DNA from: Frankiales bacterium
GTDB taxonomy: Bacteria; Actinomycetota; Actinomycetes; JAFAQI01
DNA: 64,000 nucleotides
Assembly (NCBI GenBank): GCA_025980465.1
Contig: JAICXJ010000007.1
Span: forward strand, 12,641-76,640
Direction of reading: 5' to 3'
The notes beneath the pieces were generated by a model. That model was given only the letters and a program-made list of their open reading frames with translations, was not told the origin of the DNA and did no database searches. Positions 47,951 through 57,448 of this stretch are shown here, piece after piece (the stretch's first letter is position 1; each line of letters opens with the position of its first letter). Made by a program: the position numbers and the translations under genes.

Positions 47951-49386
47951 GACCCAGGCAGAAGGCGGCAGTCGCGCTCGCGATCACCGTGATCGCCGCG
48001 GCGCCGACCGCGGCGTTGTGGGCCGCACCTGCGACGGCGACCGCGCCCGCCGCGGCCCCTGGTAGCCAGCTTGCCGGCATCAACGCCGACGCGACCGCGA
48101 CTGGCATCCAGGTGGCTTTGCTCACTCCTGGCCTGCTGCCGCTCGGAAACTCTACGGTCGGCAACGTCGTCGATGTGTCGGCTCCCTACGCCAACTCCAC
48201 CGTCGGCACTGGCCCGACGACCGCCGGGATCGCGACACCGGCATGGCCAGGCTCCGCGCTGGCGAACGCCGGCAGCCTCGCCGAAACGTTCTCCTCGAAC
48301 TTCCCGGTGGCACTTGCCAAAGCGCTCAACGACCCGGTCCTCGCCCGGTCGACCTATCCCGCGCAGCTCAACGTCAAGGAGTCGGGGACGTTCGCGCCGC
48401 CGGGCGCCGCGCAGGCGGGCATCGGGACCTCCGCCACCCAATCCAGTGCCTCCGGCACCAGCGCGAACTCCGAGCTCACCGACCTCGTGCCGCTCGGGTC
48501 GACACCGCTGTCCGCGCTGACCAAGACGCTGCCACTCGCCAAATCCGCCGGCGGCGCGTTGATCGAAGTGGGAAGCACCACGACCTCGTCGGTCGCCCAC
48601 CTGCACGCAGCGTCGGTGTCGACCGCCGCCGAAACCCACGTCGGCACGATCACCATCGCCGGCCTCATCAGGATCGCCGGCATCTCCTCCTCCGCTGCGA
48701 CGAGCTCCAACGGCAAGGTCGGCACGCGCAGCTCGGACCTGCGAGTCGGCGACGTCACGGTGGCCGGCGTACCTGCCTCGATCGGCCCGAAGGGCATCTC
48801 ACTCGCGAGCAAGAACGTCGGCGGCAGCACCGGGCTGATTCCGATCGCGAATACCGTGCTGTCCGCACTGAACGTCGCAGGCATCTCGATCCACACGATC
48901 GCGCCGACCGGGCACGTCACGGGAAGCGCTGCGACGGTGACGTCCGGCGCAGTGCAAGTGGCGTTCCAGGACAACGCCATTCCGAACCTCGGCGCGCTGC
49001 TGCCACAGGTGCCCAACTTCCTGCCGAACTCGCTCGGCGTCCATGTCAACCTTGGACTGAGCCAGGCGGACGCCGACACCACCGTGTTGCCGTCGACGGG
49101 CAACCCGCTCAGCGCTCCACCGCCCGCGACCAGTCCGAGCCAACCGGTCGGCGGCGTCGTACCACCGTCCGGCGGTGGCGGCGTCGTACCACCGTCCGGC
49201 GGGGTGTCGGGCGCCGTGCCACCGGCCGGCACCCCGCCGATCATCGCTTCACCGGCGGCCAACGTGGTGTTCGGGCTGCCGGTCCGGATCGCCTGGGTGG
49301 TCGCGGCGTTCCTGCTCTCGTTGCTCGCAGCCGGTCCGCTGCTGGCGTACGCGAACTGGCAGCTACTGCGCGGGAGGCCCTCATGA
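47947..49386 (+). CDS. secreted Ala/Thr/Ser/Gly-rich protein with N-terminal signal peptide and C-terminal TM anchor (function unknown)
   Basis: 479 aa with GTG start overlapping the LivF-like stop (GTGA). Signal peptide AVALAITVIAAAPTAALWAAPATA. Repeat GGVVPPSGGGGVVPPSGG. C-terminal hydrophobic IAWVVAAFLLSLLAAGPLL followed by basic residues. No Cys. Confidence 0.5.
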   Translation: MRPRQKAAVALAITVIAAAPTAALWAAPATATAPAAAPGSQLAGINADATATGIQVALLTPGLLPLGNSTVGNVVDVSAPYANSTVGTGPTTAGIATPAWPGSALANAGSLAETFSSNFPVALAKALNDPVLARSTYPAQLNVKESGTFAPPGAAQAGIGTSATQSSASGTSANSELTDLVPLGSTPLSALTKTLPLAKSAGGALIEVGSTTTSSVAHLHAASVSTAAETHVGTITIAGLIRIAGISSSAATSSNGKVGTRSSDLRVGDVTVAGVPASIGPKGISLASKNVGGSTGLIPIANTVLSALNVAGISIHTIAPTGHVTGSAATVTSGAVQVAFQDNAIPNLGALLPQVPNFLPNSLGVHVNLGLSQADADTTVLPSTGNPLSAPPPATSPSQPVGGVVPPSGGGGVVPPSGGVSGAVPPAGTPPIIASPAANVVFGLPVRIAWVVAAFLLSLLAAGPLLAYANWQLLRGRPS

Positions 49387-49991
49387 CGTCCTTACCCTTC
49401 TCCCCGGCGCGCCGCCGTCGAGCCGGCTCGGCCGACGACGGCGACACCGTCGTCAACGAACCGCGTCGCAACCGGCTGCTGAGCTGGCTCGACAACAGCG
49501 GCCTCGACCTGCGCAACACCTGGCAGGTCGTCGCGGGTGCGATCCTGCTGCCGCTCGGCGTGGCCGTCATCCTGCTCGGCTGGGCCGGGGCGGCCCACGG
49601 CCGCGTCGACCAGCAGCAGATTCCCTACCTGATCAGTGGCGGCATCCTCGGTCTGGCGTGCGTGGTCGTCGGTTGCTTCTTCTTCTGGGCGCACTGGCTG
49701 TACCGCATCTACGACCAGGCCGACCTTCACCACCAGGCGGCGATGCGGGAGCAGGCCGAGTTCTACCGGCAGCTGCTGCAGGCGGTCGGCGGTTCAGGAG
49801 CAGCGGCGGCCGGGTCGGCCGTGACCTCCACCAACGCCGGTACGACGCTGGTGGCGACGCCCACCGGGACGAACGTTCACACCGCGGACTGCCCGATCGT
49901 GGCGAACCGCCGGGACTCGGTGCGTTCGGTCAGCCGGGCCGAAGCGGAGTCGATGCGTCCCTGCCGGATCTGCGAACCATTCCCACGCTGA
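49383..49991 (+). CDS. 2-TM membrane protein with C-terminal H-x3-C...C-x2-C putative metal-binding tail (function unknown)
   Basis: 202 aa from MTSLPFSP. ATGA overlap with the upstream stop. TM helices VAGAILLPLGVAVILLGW and GGILGLACVVVGCFFFW. C-terminal HTADCPIV...RPCRICEP. Confidence 0.5.
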   Translation: MTSLPFSPARRRRAGSADDGDTVVNEPRRNRLLSWLDNSGLDLRNTWQVVAGAILLPLGVAVILLGWAGAAHGRVDQQQIPYLISGGILGLACVVVGCFFFWAHWLYRIYDQADLHHQAAMREQAEFYRQLLQAVGGSGAAAAGSAVTSTNAGTTLVATPTGTNVHTADCPIVANRRDSVRSVSRAEAESMRPCRICEPFPR

Positions 49992-50055
49992 ACGACCGTT
50001 GTCAGGACCGTCGGCGCCACCTAAGCGCGCCGTTTCCTGACAGGTCGAGGCATGG

Positions 50056-50802
50056 CTACCCCGCTGGGCGGGGGCTGACGATCACGGTCGGAATGCTGGT
50101 GCCGGCGCCGGAGCGCACGATGGTGTCGACCACTCGCACCAGTTCCTCGACCGGCAGCAAGGTGCCGGTGATGAACCCACGAGTGAACCACTCGGTGCCG
50201 AACTCGGTGGCGAGCTCGGTGTCCCAACGGTTCGGGAACTCGGTCATCGACTCCCCCTCGCCGCCGGCGCAGTCGCCGACGACGATGCGGGTGAACCCGA
50301 CCGTTGGGTGCTCGGCGCGCCAGGCTTCGACCAGCTTGTCCAGCGCCGCCTTGCTGGTGAGGTAGACGCCGAGTCCCGGCCACGGCGGGGTCTGCGAGGC
50401 GCTGATCGAGGACAGGTACGCCGCAACACCGCCCGCCTCCCTGAGGTAGGGCAATGCGGCGGCGGTGATCGAGTTGGCGCCGATCACGTTGGTATCGAAC
50501 GCGCTGTGCCAGGTGGCCTTGTCCGCGTCGGTGAGCCGGGTCAGGTGGCCGACCCCGGCGGCGTACACCATCGCGTCGATACCGCCCAGCTTCGCCGCAG
50601 CCGCCTCGACCGCCACCTGGCAGGACTCGGAGTCGGTGACGTCGCAGCGCACCGCCACCGCACCCTCGCCAGCGTCGGCGACCGCCCGGTCCAGCCGGTC
50701 CTCCCGACGCGCCAGCAGCGCGACGGTCGCACCGCCGTGAGCGAGCCCGACCCCGATGCTTCGACCGAGCCCGCTCGAGGCTCCGACCACCACCACGCGC
50801 AT
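50056..50802 (-). CDS. SDR family oxidoreductase
   Basis: 248 aa. VVVVGASSGLGRS, YLTSKAA (YxxxK). Confidence 0.8.
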   Translation of the reverse strand: MRVVVVGASSGLGRSIGVGLAHGGATVALLARREDRLDRAVADAGEGAVAVRCDVTDSESCQVAVEAAAAKLGGIDAMVYAAGVGHLTRLTDADKATWHSAFDTNVIGANSITAAALPYLREAGGVAAYLSSISASQTPPWPGLGVYLTSKAALDKLVEAWRAEHPTVGFTRIVVGDCAGGEGESMTEFPNRWDTELATEFGTEWFTRGFITGTLLPVEELVRVVDTIVRSGAGTSIPTVIVSPRPAG

Positions 50803-50887
50803 GCGTACTCCACTCCCGGCAGGTCGCCAATATAAGAGGTGTCTGGGTCCGGATCGAAATTGACGTCGATGTCACTTTATTGGGAGA

Positions 50888-52063
50888 ATGCCTCGTGACG
50901 TCATGCTGCTGACTCTGAGCTCGGAGCAGGAAGCGCTTCGCTCGACGACCGCTCGATTCCTCGACGATCGAGTGCCGGTCAACGTCCTTCGCGGCCTGCG
51001 TGACGACCCGGCAGGCTTCGACCCGCAGTACTGGGCGAAGGGTGCCGAGCTCGGCTGGCTCGCGCTGCTGGTGTCCGAGGCGAACGGCGGTGGCTCGGTC
51101 TCGGGTCGCCCGATCAGCGACTTGTGTCTGATCGCGTACGAGTTCGGCGCTCGTGCCGCCCCCGGCCCGCTGGCAGCGAGCAATGCCATCGCGATTGCCC
51201 TCGACGCCACCAACTCTGACGCGCACCACGCCGTACTCGAGCAAGTCGTCGCCGGCGGCGTCATCGCAGCGTGGTGCTACTCCGAGCCGCCACCCAACGA
51301 CCGGATCGGCGTCATCGAGTTCGAGATCGTCGCGGACGGAAACGAGCTCGTCCTCAATGGCACCAAGCGGCCGGTCGAGAGCGCGTCCGCAGCCCAGCAG
51401 CTTCTGGTCACCGGCCGGACCGGCACCGGGCTCACGCAGGTGCTGGTGCCGGCCGACTCCCCCGGCATCACGATCACGCCGCTGGAGTCGGCTGACCTCA
51501 CGCGACGCTTCGCGACGGTGCGGTTCGACAACGTCCGAGTGTCGCTCGACGCCGCGGTCGGCGCCGTCGGCGAGGCCGACGCACAGGTCGAGCGACAGGT
51601 CCTCGCCGCGATCACGATCGGCAACGCGGAAGCAGTCGGCGCGATGCAGCGCGCATTCGACATGACCCGGTCCTGGGTCGCCGACCGTTACTCCTTCGGT
51701 CGGCCGTTGGAGTCCTACCAGGCAATCAAGCATCGCTTTGCCGACCTGTTGTCGTGGCTGGAAGGTGCCCACGGAATTGCCGACGCCGCCGCGCTGGCAC
51801 TCGATACCGATTCCCCCGAGACCGCGGAGCTGGTCAGTGCGGCGAAGGCGTTCATCGGCGATCGAGGCGGCGAGCTCATGCATGAGTGTGTGCACCTGCA
51901 CGGCGGGATCGGAGTCACCTTCGAGCACGACCTGCACCTCTACCTGCGACGAGTGACGGTCAACCGGGCCATGTTCGGTACGCCGAAACAGCACCAACGC
52001 CGGGTGGGCGAGATCGCCGCGCACCGCAAGGACGAGGAGATTCGAGGAGGTGGGCCGGCATGA
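50888..52063 (+). CDS. acyl-CoA dehydrogenase family protein (candidate non-FAD-binding subunit of an alpha/beta-type ACAD pair)
   Basis: 391 aa. ACAD three-domain fold recognisable but canonical motifs are weak. Its stop ATGA-overlaps the next ACAD. Confidence 0.75.
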   Translation: MPRDVMLLTLSSEQEALRSTTARFLDDRVPVNVLRGLRDDPAGFDPQYWAKGAELGWLALLVSEANGGGSVSGRPISDLCLIAYEFGARAAPGPLAASNAIAIALDATNSDAHHAVLEQVVAGGVIAAWCYSEPPPNDRIGVIEFEIVADGNELVLNGTKRPVESASAAQQLLVTGRTGTGLTQVLVPADSPGITITPLESADLTRRFATVRFDNVRVSLDAAVGAVGEADAQVERQVLAAITIGNAEAVGAMQRAFDMTRSWVADRYSFGRPLESYQAIKHRFADLLSWLEGAHGIADAAALALDTDSPETAELVSAAKAFIGDRGGELMHECVHLHGGIGVTFEHDLHLYLRRVTVNRAMFGTPKQHQRRVGEIAAHRKDEEIRGGGPA

Positions 52064-53322
52064 CGGATGAATCGGTAGAAGCGTTTCGGCTGCGGGCTCG
52101 CGAGTTCATCCGCGCGAACCTCAAGCCGCTGCCACGCGACGAGTCCTACAGCCCGCTGCGCAACACCCGCACCACCGACGAGGAGGAGCTCGCGTCGGTT
52201 AAGCGGGATCGGGAGATCCAGCGGATGCTGTTCGACGCCAAGCTCGCCGGGATCTGCTTCCCGACCGAGTACGGCGGAGCGGGCCTGACCCCGGCGCACC
52301 AGCGGGCCTTCAACGAGGAGATCGCCGGCTACGAATACCCGTCGCGGTTCCAGGCACCGACGCTCTCGCCGTGCGCCGGCGTACTGCTCGACTTCGGCAC
52401 CGAGGAGCAGAAGCAGCAGCACATCCCGGCGATCCTCAAGGGCGAGGAGCTGTGGATGCAGTTCCTGTCCGAACCCAGCGGCGGATCCGACGTCGCCGGT
52501 GCCCTGACCTCGGCGGTCCGCGAGGGCGACGAGTGGGTGCTCAACGGCGAGAAGGTCTGGACCACCGGAGCGTGGTTCTCGGACTGGGGTCTGTGCCTGG
52601 CCCGCACCAACTGGGATGTGCCGAAGCACCGCGGCCTGACCGTCTTCATCTTCCCGATCCACCAGCAGGGCGTGACCGTATCGCGGATCGAGATGATCAA
52701 CGGCTCGCAGGACTTCTGCCAGGAGTTCCTCGATGACCTGCGGGTGCCCGACTCGGATCGGATCGGCGAGGTCGATGGCGGCTGGACCGTCGGCGTGCGG
52801 TGGATGTTCCACGAGCGGATGCTGATGAACTCGCCGCTGGTGACCGTCCCGGTGGGGGTCGGAAACCGCGGCGCACTGACCTCATCGATCGTCGACGTCG
52901 CCCGCGAAGTCGGCCGGATCGACGACCCGGATGCCCACGACATCATCGGCGAAGCCAGGACGCTGGAGCTGGTGAAGGAGAAGCTGCAGGCCCGCATCGG
53001 CGAAGGTATGGCGACCGGCAAGATGTCAGACCAAGCCGCCGCGATCGGTCGGCTCTTCGGCGGCACGACCGGTGTCCGCCTCTACACGCTGGCGTTCGAC
53101 CTGGCCGGTTCCACCGGTGTGGCGTGGTCGGATGCCGACGGCCTGGCTCGCTACTGCGGCGAGGACTTCTTGATGCGCCAGACCGGCGCGATCGGCGGCG
53201 GCACCCTGGAGATGGCCCGCAACGTCATCAGCGAGCGGGTGCTCGCGATGCCGCGGGAGCAGGCGCTCGACCGGGACGTGCCGTTCCGCGACGTCCCCCG
53301 AGGCGGCGCCGCCCGCACCTAG
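52060..53322 (+). CDS. acyl-CoA dehydrogenase family protein
   Basis: 420 aa from MTDESVEAF. FLSEPSGGSDVAG and WVLNGEKVWTTGA with a C-terminal helical domain. Confidence 0.8.
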   Translation: MTDESVEAFRLRAREFIRANLKPLPRDESYSPLRNTRTTDEEELASVKRDREIQRMLFDAKLAGICFPTEYGGAGLTPAHQRAFNEEIAGYEYPSRFQAPTLSPCAGVLLDFGTEEQKQQHIPAILKGEELWMQFLSEPSGGSDVAGALTSAVREGDEWVLNGEKVWTTGAWFSDWGLCLARTNWDVPKHRGLTVFIFPIHQQGVTVSRIEMINGSQDFCQEFLDDLRVPDSDRIGEVDGGWTVGVRWMFHERMLMNSPLVTVPVGVGNRGALTSSIVDVAREVGRIDDPDAHDIIGEARTLELVKEKLQARIGEGMATGKMSDQAAAIGRLFGGTTGVRLYTLAFDLAGSTGVAWSDADGLARYCGEDFLMRQTGAIGGGTLEMARNVISERVLAMPREQALDRDVPFRDVPRGGAART

Positions 53323-55607
53323 AGCGGGAGTCGGGCTCGCACCACCGTGCCTCCGGCGGGGCGGGTCGCGATGGTGACGGTGCCGCCGACCGCCTCCGCC
53401 CGCGCATGCATGGATCGGATGCCAATACCGAGCGATGCCTCGACGGAAATACCCGGGCCGTCGTCGGTGATCTCTACGATCAGTTCACGACCGGCGATGT
53501 CGAGCCCGACCCGGACCCATGCGTTGTCACCGCCGCTGTGTCGATAGGCGTTCGTGAGTGCCTCAAGTGCGATCTGATACGTCGCTGCCTCGACCTCCGA
53601 CGGGAGTGCGCCGAGCTGCACCGCTGCCTCGACCGAAGCGTGCCAGTCCCCCTCGCCGTCGGCAATCGACAGCCTCGACGCGGCCGCGCCGATCGCCTGC
53701 ACCAGACCCAGGTCCTCGAGCTCGGCGGGTCGCAGCCCACGGGAGATCCGCCGCACCTCATCCACCGCACGCGCCGCCTCCCCATGTGCCTGGTCGATGA
53801 GCGCCACGTGATCCGGCGAGTCCATCCGGCGCTTGAGGCTGTCGAGCTGCAAGCTCACGCCGACCAGGTGCGGTCCCAGTCGGTCGTGCAGGTCGTGGCG
53901 CAACCGCGCCCGTTCCTCCTCGTGAGCGACCGCCAACCGGCCATGGCTCGCGGCAAGGTCGGTGACGAGGCTCGCTGCCCTTACTGCCGGCGCCACCTGC
54001 CGGGCGACCGAAGCCAGCAGATCGATATCCGCCGAACTCAACGACCTCTCGCCGCGACGAGCACCGACGAGAAGCTCACCGACGCTCGAGCCTTGGTGGA
54101 CCAGCGACACCGCGTGAATGTCAGCTATCGGCTCCCCTCGTTCGCAAGCCAGGCGCATCTCGCTGCCGGTGCTGGTCCGCAACGCGACATAGGGCAGGTT
54201 GAGCGCGGTAGCAAGGGTTTCCGCAATTACCGCCAACACGTCGTCGGGGGCAGCGACCACTTCAAGCCGCTGGCCGAGTTCGCTGAGCACCCGCGTGGGA
54301 TCGCGCCGGTCGCCGTACAGCAGACGGTCGACCGAGCGTTGTACGGCGGCGCGCAGCGGCGCGAACGCAATCGCCACAGCGGCGGTCGACACGACAGTCG
54401 AGAGAACACCGGTTCGTCCGACGAGGACACCGACGCCACTCACGAGCGCGACGTAGAGCCCAAGCAGGATCACGGTCAGCACCGCGTAAACCAGGGTGCG
54501 GTTAACGACAGCCCGAATTCCGAGAAACTCGCCACGGAGGATGGCAACAGTGATCGCGCCGGGAAGCGGCAGGAAGAGCGCGGTGACCAACCAACCGGGC
54601 CACTTCTCGCCACCGGCGACGAGGTTGGCGACGAACAGGCCGAGTGCGGTCGCGCCGAACCCGATCGCGACAAGCGCGCCCTGGGCCCGCTGCGTCGGAT
54701 CGCGCCACACGCGCCACAGCGTGTGGGCGAGGCCGATGAGGATCAGGACCCCGAGCACGGTCAGCACGGCACCGTTCACACTGTTGATCGTGTCGATCCG
54801 CCCGAGCGTCGCGGCTCCGCTGGCCAGGACCGCGACCTCGACGCCGACGGTCGCGACGACCACGACGACGTACCCGACTCGCAGCCAGTGCAGCCGAGCG
54901 GCGAGCAGTTTCGGCGGTTGGGGAAACGTGAGCGCAAGGTGGCAGGCAGCACTCAGCCACACCACCAAGGTGGCCGACGCTGCAATGAAGCCGAGCGCGA
55001 ACACCGCCGGGTGGGTGACGAGGTCGGCAGTCTCATAGCCGAAGATCGTCACCGTCGCGTACGCCACCAGGCCGGCACCGAGCACGAGCAGCGCGCGCGC
55101 CGGCGGCTCCTCGCGACGCCGATACACCGCGTAGCCACCCAGCGCGAGGATGGCGACGGCGCAGAAGAGGACGCCGCCGCCGTCACGCAGGCGCGCGCTC
55201 GTGACCTCTTGATGGCGCAACCTGACCGGCACGGTGGCTAGGCCGCCGCGCCGGTCGACGAGATAGCTCATCTGCTTGGTCGAATCCGGCCGACCGAGCC
55301 GGCGGAGCCAACCGTCGACCGAGATGCCGTCCACGCCGACCACCACGTCCCCGGCACGCAGACTCGGGTTGCTCGCGAGCGGATTCGCCGTCAACCCATG
55401 GCGAAATCCCGGGTCGGCGAGCACGGGCGCGCCGTCTCCTGCGACCTGCGCGCGTACCACCAGCCAGGTCACAGCGAGCACCAGCAGCACCGCCGCGACG
55501 ACCACCGCCGGCCAGCTGATGCGACGCGGCGGCGAGTGGTCACTAGCCCCCACCACGACCCAGTCCAGCGTCTCGTGCCGCCGCGACGGCGGCCGAGCGG
55601 TCGGCAA
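53319..55607 (-). CDS. sensor histidine kinase, NarL-partner class (TM - PDZ-like ectodomain - about 8 TM - GAF-like - HisKA_3 - HATPase_c). Start probably internal because the ORF overlaps the RR gene by 65 nt
   Basis: 762 aa. Ectodomain SLRAGDVVVGVDGISV is PDZ-like. EEERARLRHDLHDRLGPHL is the HisKA_3 H-box. HATPase N/G boxes at the C-terminus. Confidence 0.8.
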   Translation of the reverse strand: MPTARPPSRRHETLDWVVVGASDHSPPRRISWPAVVVAAVLLVLAVTWLVVRAQVAGDGAPVLADPGFRHGLTANPLASNPSLRAGDVVVGVDGISVDGWLRRLGRPDSTKQMSYLVDRRGGLATVPVRLRHQEVTSARLRDGGGVLFCAVAILALGGYAVYRRREEPPARALLVLGAGLVAYATVTIFGYETADLVTHPAVFALGFIAASATLVVWLSAACHLALTFPQPPKLLAARLHWLRVGYVVVVVATVGVEVAVLASGAATLGRIDTINSVNGAVLTVLGVLILIGLAHTLWRVWRDPTQRAQGALVAIGFGATALGLFVANLVAGGEKWPGWLVTALFLPLPGAITVAILRGEFLGIRAVVNRTLVYAVLTVILLGLYVALVSGVGVLVGRTGVLSTVVSTAAVAIAFAPLRAAVQRSVDRLLYGDRRDPTRVLSELGQRLEVVAAPDDVLAVIAETLATALNLPYVALRTSTGSEMRLACERGEPIADIHAVSLVHQGSSVGELLVGARRGERSLSSADIDLLASVARQVAPAVRAASLVTDLAASHGRLAVAHEEERARLRHDLHDRLGPHLVGVSLQLDSLKRRMDSPDHVALIDQAHGEAARAVDEVRRISRGLRPAELEDLGLVQAIGAAASRLSIADGEGDWHASVEAAVQLGALPSEVEAATYQIALEALTNAYRHSGGDNAWVRVGLDIAGRELIVEITDDGPGISVEASLGIGIRSMHARAEAVGGTVTIATRPAGGTVVRARLPL

Positions 55608-56217
55608 CCGCGAGCTTGGTCAGCAACATGGAGAGTTGGTTACGCACCGTCTTTGGTGCAACACCCACTCGCCTCGCAATCGCGATGTTGTCGAGGCCTT
55701 GTGCCAGCAGGTCCAACAGCGTGAGCTCCCGCTCGGACAACGAGGGGAAGGCGCGAGCACCGGGTCGCACCTCCACGGCACCAAACAGCGCGCGCACCCG
55801 CTCAGCCATCCCGGTTCCGAACACCACCTCGCCGGCGGCGGCGGCCCGGACCGCGCGCTCGATCTCGTCGCCCCGGGCACCCTTCAGCAAGTAACCGCAG
55901 GCGCCGGCGCGCATCGCCGCGTACAGCGATTCATCGTCGTCGTCCATCGTCAGGACCAGACACTTGACGTCGGGCAGCGTGCGTGAGATATCGCGAATCA
56001 ACTCGACCCCGCCGCCGCCGGGCATATGTAGGTCGACCAACATCAAGTCCGGGTGCAGCTCGACCGCAGCGGCAGCCGCCTCGGTTCGCGAGCCAACGCC
56101 TCCGATGACCTCGATGTCGTCGCGGCCCTGCAATGCCGAGGCAACGCCGTCTCTCACGACCGGGTGGTCGTCGACAATCAATACCCGCACCTGGCCCCCG
56201 CGCATGCGCCCAAGCAT
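55543..56217 (-). CDS. NarL/FixJ-family response regulator (receiver plus LuxR-type HTH)
   Basis: 224 aa. VRVLIVDDHPVVRDG...MLVDLHMPG receiver. LSERELTLLDLLAQGLDNIAIARRVGVAPKTVRNQLSMLLTKL is the LuxR HTH. Confidence 0.85.
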   Translation of the reverse strand: MLGRMRGGQVRVLIVDDHPVVRDGVASALQGRDDIEVIGGVGSRTEAAAAAVELHPDLMLVDLHMPGGGGVELIRDISRTLPDVKCLVLTMDDDDESLYAAMRAGACGYLLKGARGDEIERAVRAAAAGEVVFGTGMAERVRALFGAVEVRPGARAFPSLSERELTLLDLLAQGLDNIAIARRVGVAPKTVRNQLSMLLTKLAVADRSAAVAAARDAGLGRGGG

Positions 56218-56346
56218 GGCGGAGCGGCCGTCCCGCCGTCACGGGAACATCTCCCGCCAGATCGGGACCCGGGGTTCTTGCTGCCGGGACACGCGGGCGC
56301 GGACCCTTCCGTCTCGTCAGGTTCGTCTGGCTACCCAGGAGGGCTC

Positions 56347-56817
56347 ATGAAGTGGAAGACAGCGACGGCGAGTGCGGCTGTAGTGGTTGCCACCGGTGGT
56401 GTGGCGGGGGGCTGGGCGGCAGCGTCCAGCGCCAGCACTCCACTCGCCGGTAGCTTCACGCTGCGGGCACACCAGACCTCGTTTCACATCGTCGACACCG
56501 GCAAGCGGGGTGACTCCGCGGGCGACTTCGGCACCCTCACCGGCAAGCTGTTCAACAGCGGCCACCAGGTCGGGCGTTACGTCGGTCAATGCGTGCAGAT
56601 GGACGGCCGAGGTCACAGCTTGTGCAATTTCGTGTTCGCTCTTCCCACCGGCCAGCTCGATATCGAAGCGGCCTACGGCCGCGGATTGAACGGCAACCGG
56701 AGGACCCACGACGCGGTGGTTGGCGGTACTCGCACCTACGCGACAGCGCGCGGCGACGCGGTCGGCCGTGAGACCGGTGCCACCGGGTTCATCGAGGTCG
56801 TACACCTCCAGCAGTGA
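56347..56817 (+). CDS. secreted hypothetical protein (beta-barrel, allene-oxide-cyclase/dirigent-like fold suspected)
   Basis: 156 aa from MKWKTATASAAVVVATGG (signal peptide; AGGAGG RBS 6 nt upstream). The ORF-track start at 56053 is not credible. Divergent from the two-component operon. Confidence 0.5.
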   Translation: MKWKTATASAAVVVATGGVAGGWAAASSASTPLAGSFTLRAHQTSFHIVDTGKRGDSAGDFGTLTGKLFNSGHQVGRYVGQCVQMDGRGHSLCNFVFALPTGQLDIEAAYGRGLNGNRRTHDAVVGGTRTYATARGDAVGRETGATGFIEVVHLQQ

Positions 56818-56854
56818 CATTCCGCGGCTGCCACAAGCCGATGAACGCCGCTGG

Positions 56855-57448
56855 CTACCGGCGACCAGAGAGTGGTTCGTAGCGGGCGATCCAGGCTGCG
56901 ACGGCGGTTTGTAGCTCGCGGTGCCCTGCCGAGATTCCCATCGCTTCCTCGAGGACCAGGATCTGTGACAAGCCGGTGATCACGACGGCAAGCGCTTCGG
57001 GTGAGAGCTCGTCGTGCGAGACGCCGTACCTGGCCAGGATCGCGGCAAACGCCTCGGTCTGCCGCTTGCGGAACTGCTCGGCTAGCGAGACCAGTTCGGC
57101 GCGAATCACCTTGCGATGGTTGGCCAGCGCCGAGAACTCGATGTTGAGAATGCCGCCGGTCGGATCGGTGCTGACGGCCCACAGTTCGCGCAGCGGTTGC
57201 TCGGAGGCGAGGGCCTTTTCCTGCCGCTCGAGGTTCTGCTTCGCGCCCCGCCCGACCAGCGCGAGATACAGGTCGTCCATCGTCCGGAAGTAGTAGTGGA
57301 CGAGCTGCGGTTTCAGGCCGGCCTTCGCCGCCACCTTTCGAGAGGTGACGGAGGCGTAGCCCTCCTCGACGAGCAGCATCAACGCGGCGTCGAGCAAGGC
57401 CTGGCGAGTCGCCGAGTCCTCGGTACCGATGCGCCGCGCGCTGGTCAC
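56855..57448 (-). CDS. TetR family transcriptional regulator
   Basis: 197 aa. HTH LLDAALMLLVEEGYASVTSRKVAAKAGLKPQLVHYYF. Divergent from the Rieske oxygenase gene. Confidence 0.8.
   Translation of the reverse strand: MTSARRIGTEDSATRQALLDAALMLLVEEGYASVTSRKVAAKAGLKPQLVHYYFRTMDDLYLALVGRGAKQNLERQEKALASEQPLRELWAVSTDPTGGILNIEFSALANHRKVIRAELVSLAEQFRKRQTEAFAAILARYGVSHDELSPEALAVVITGLSQILVLEEAMGISAGHRELQTAVAAWIARYEPLSGRR

Noticed and set aside
52800-55241. 813-aa plus-strand ORF antisense to the HisKA_3 kinase, and similar long antisense ORFs at 8326..9432, 38647..39669, 43331..44731 and 35050..36224
   Set aside because: They have low-complexity Arg/Asp/Gly-rich composition and carry no family motifs. 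Each is antisense to a confidently assigned CDS, so these are stop-codon-poor shadow frames.
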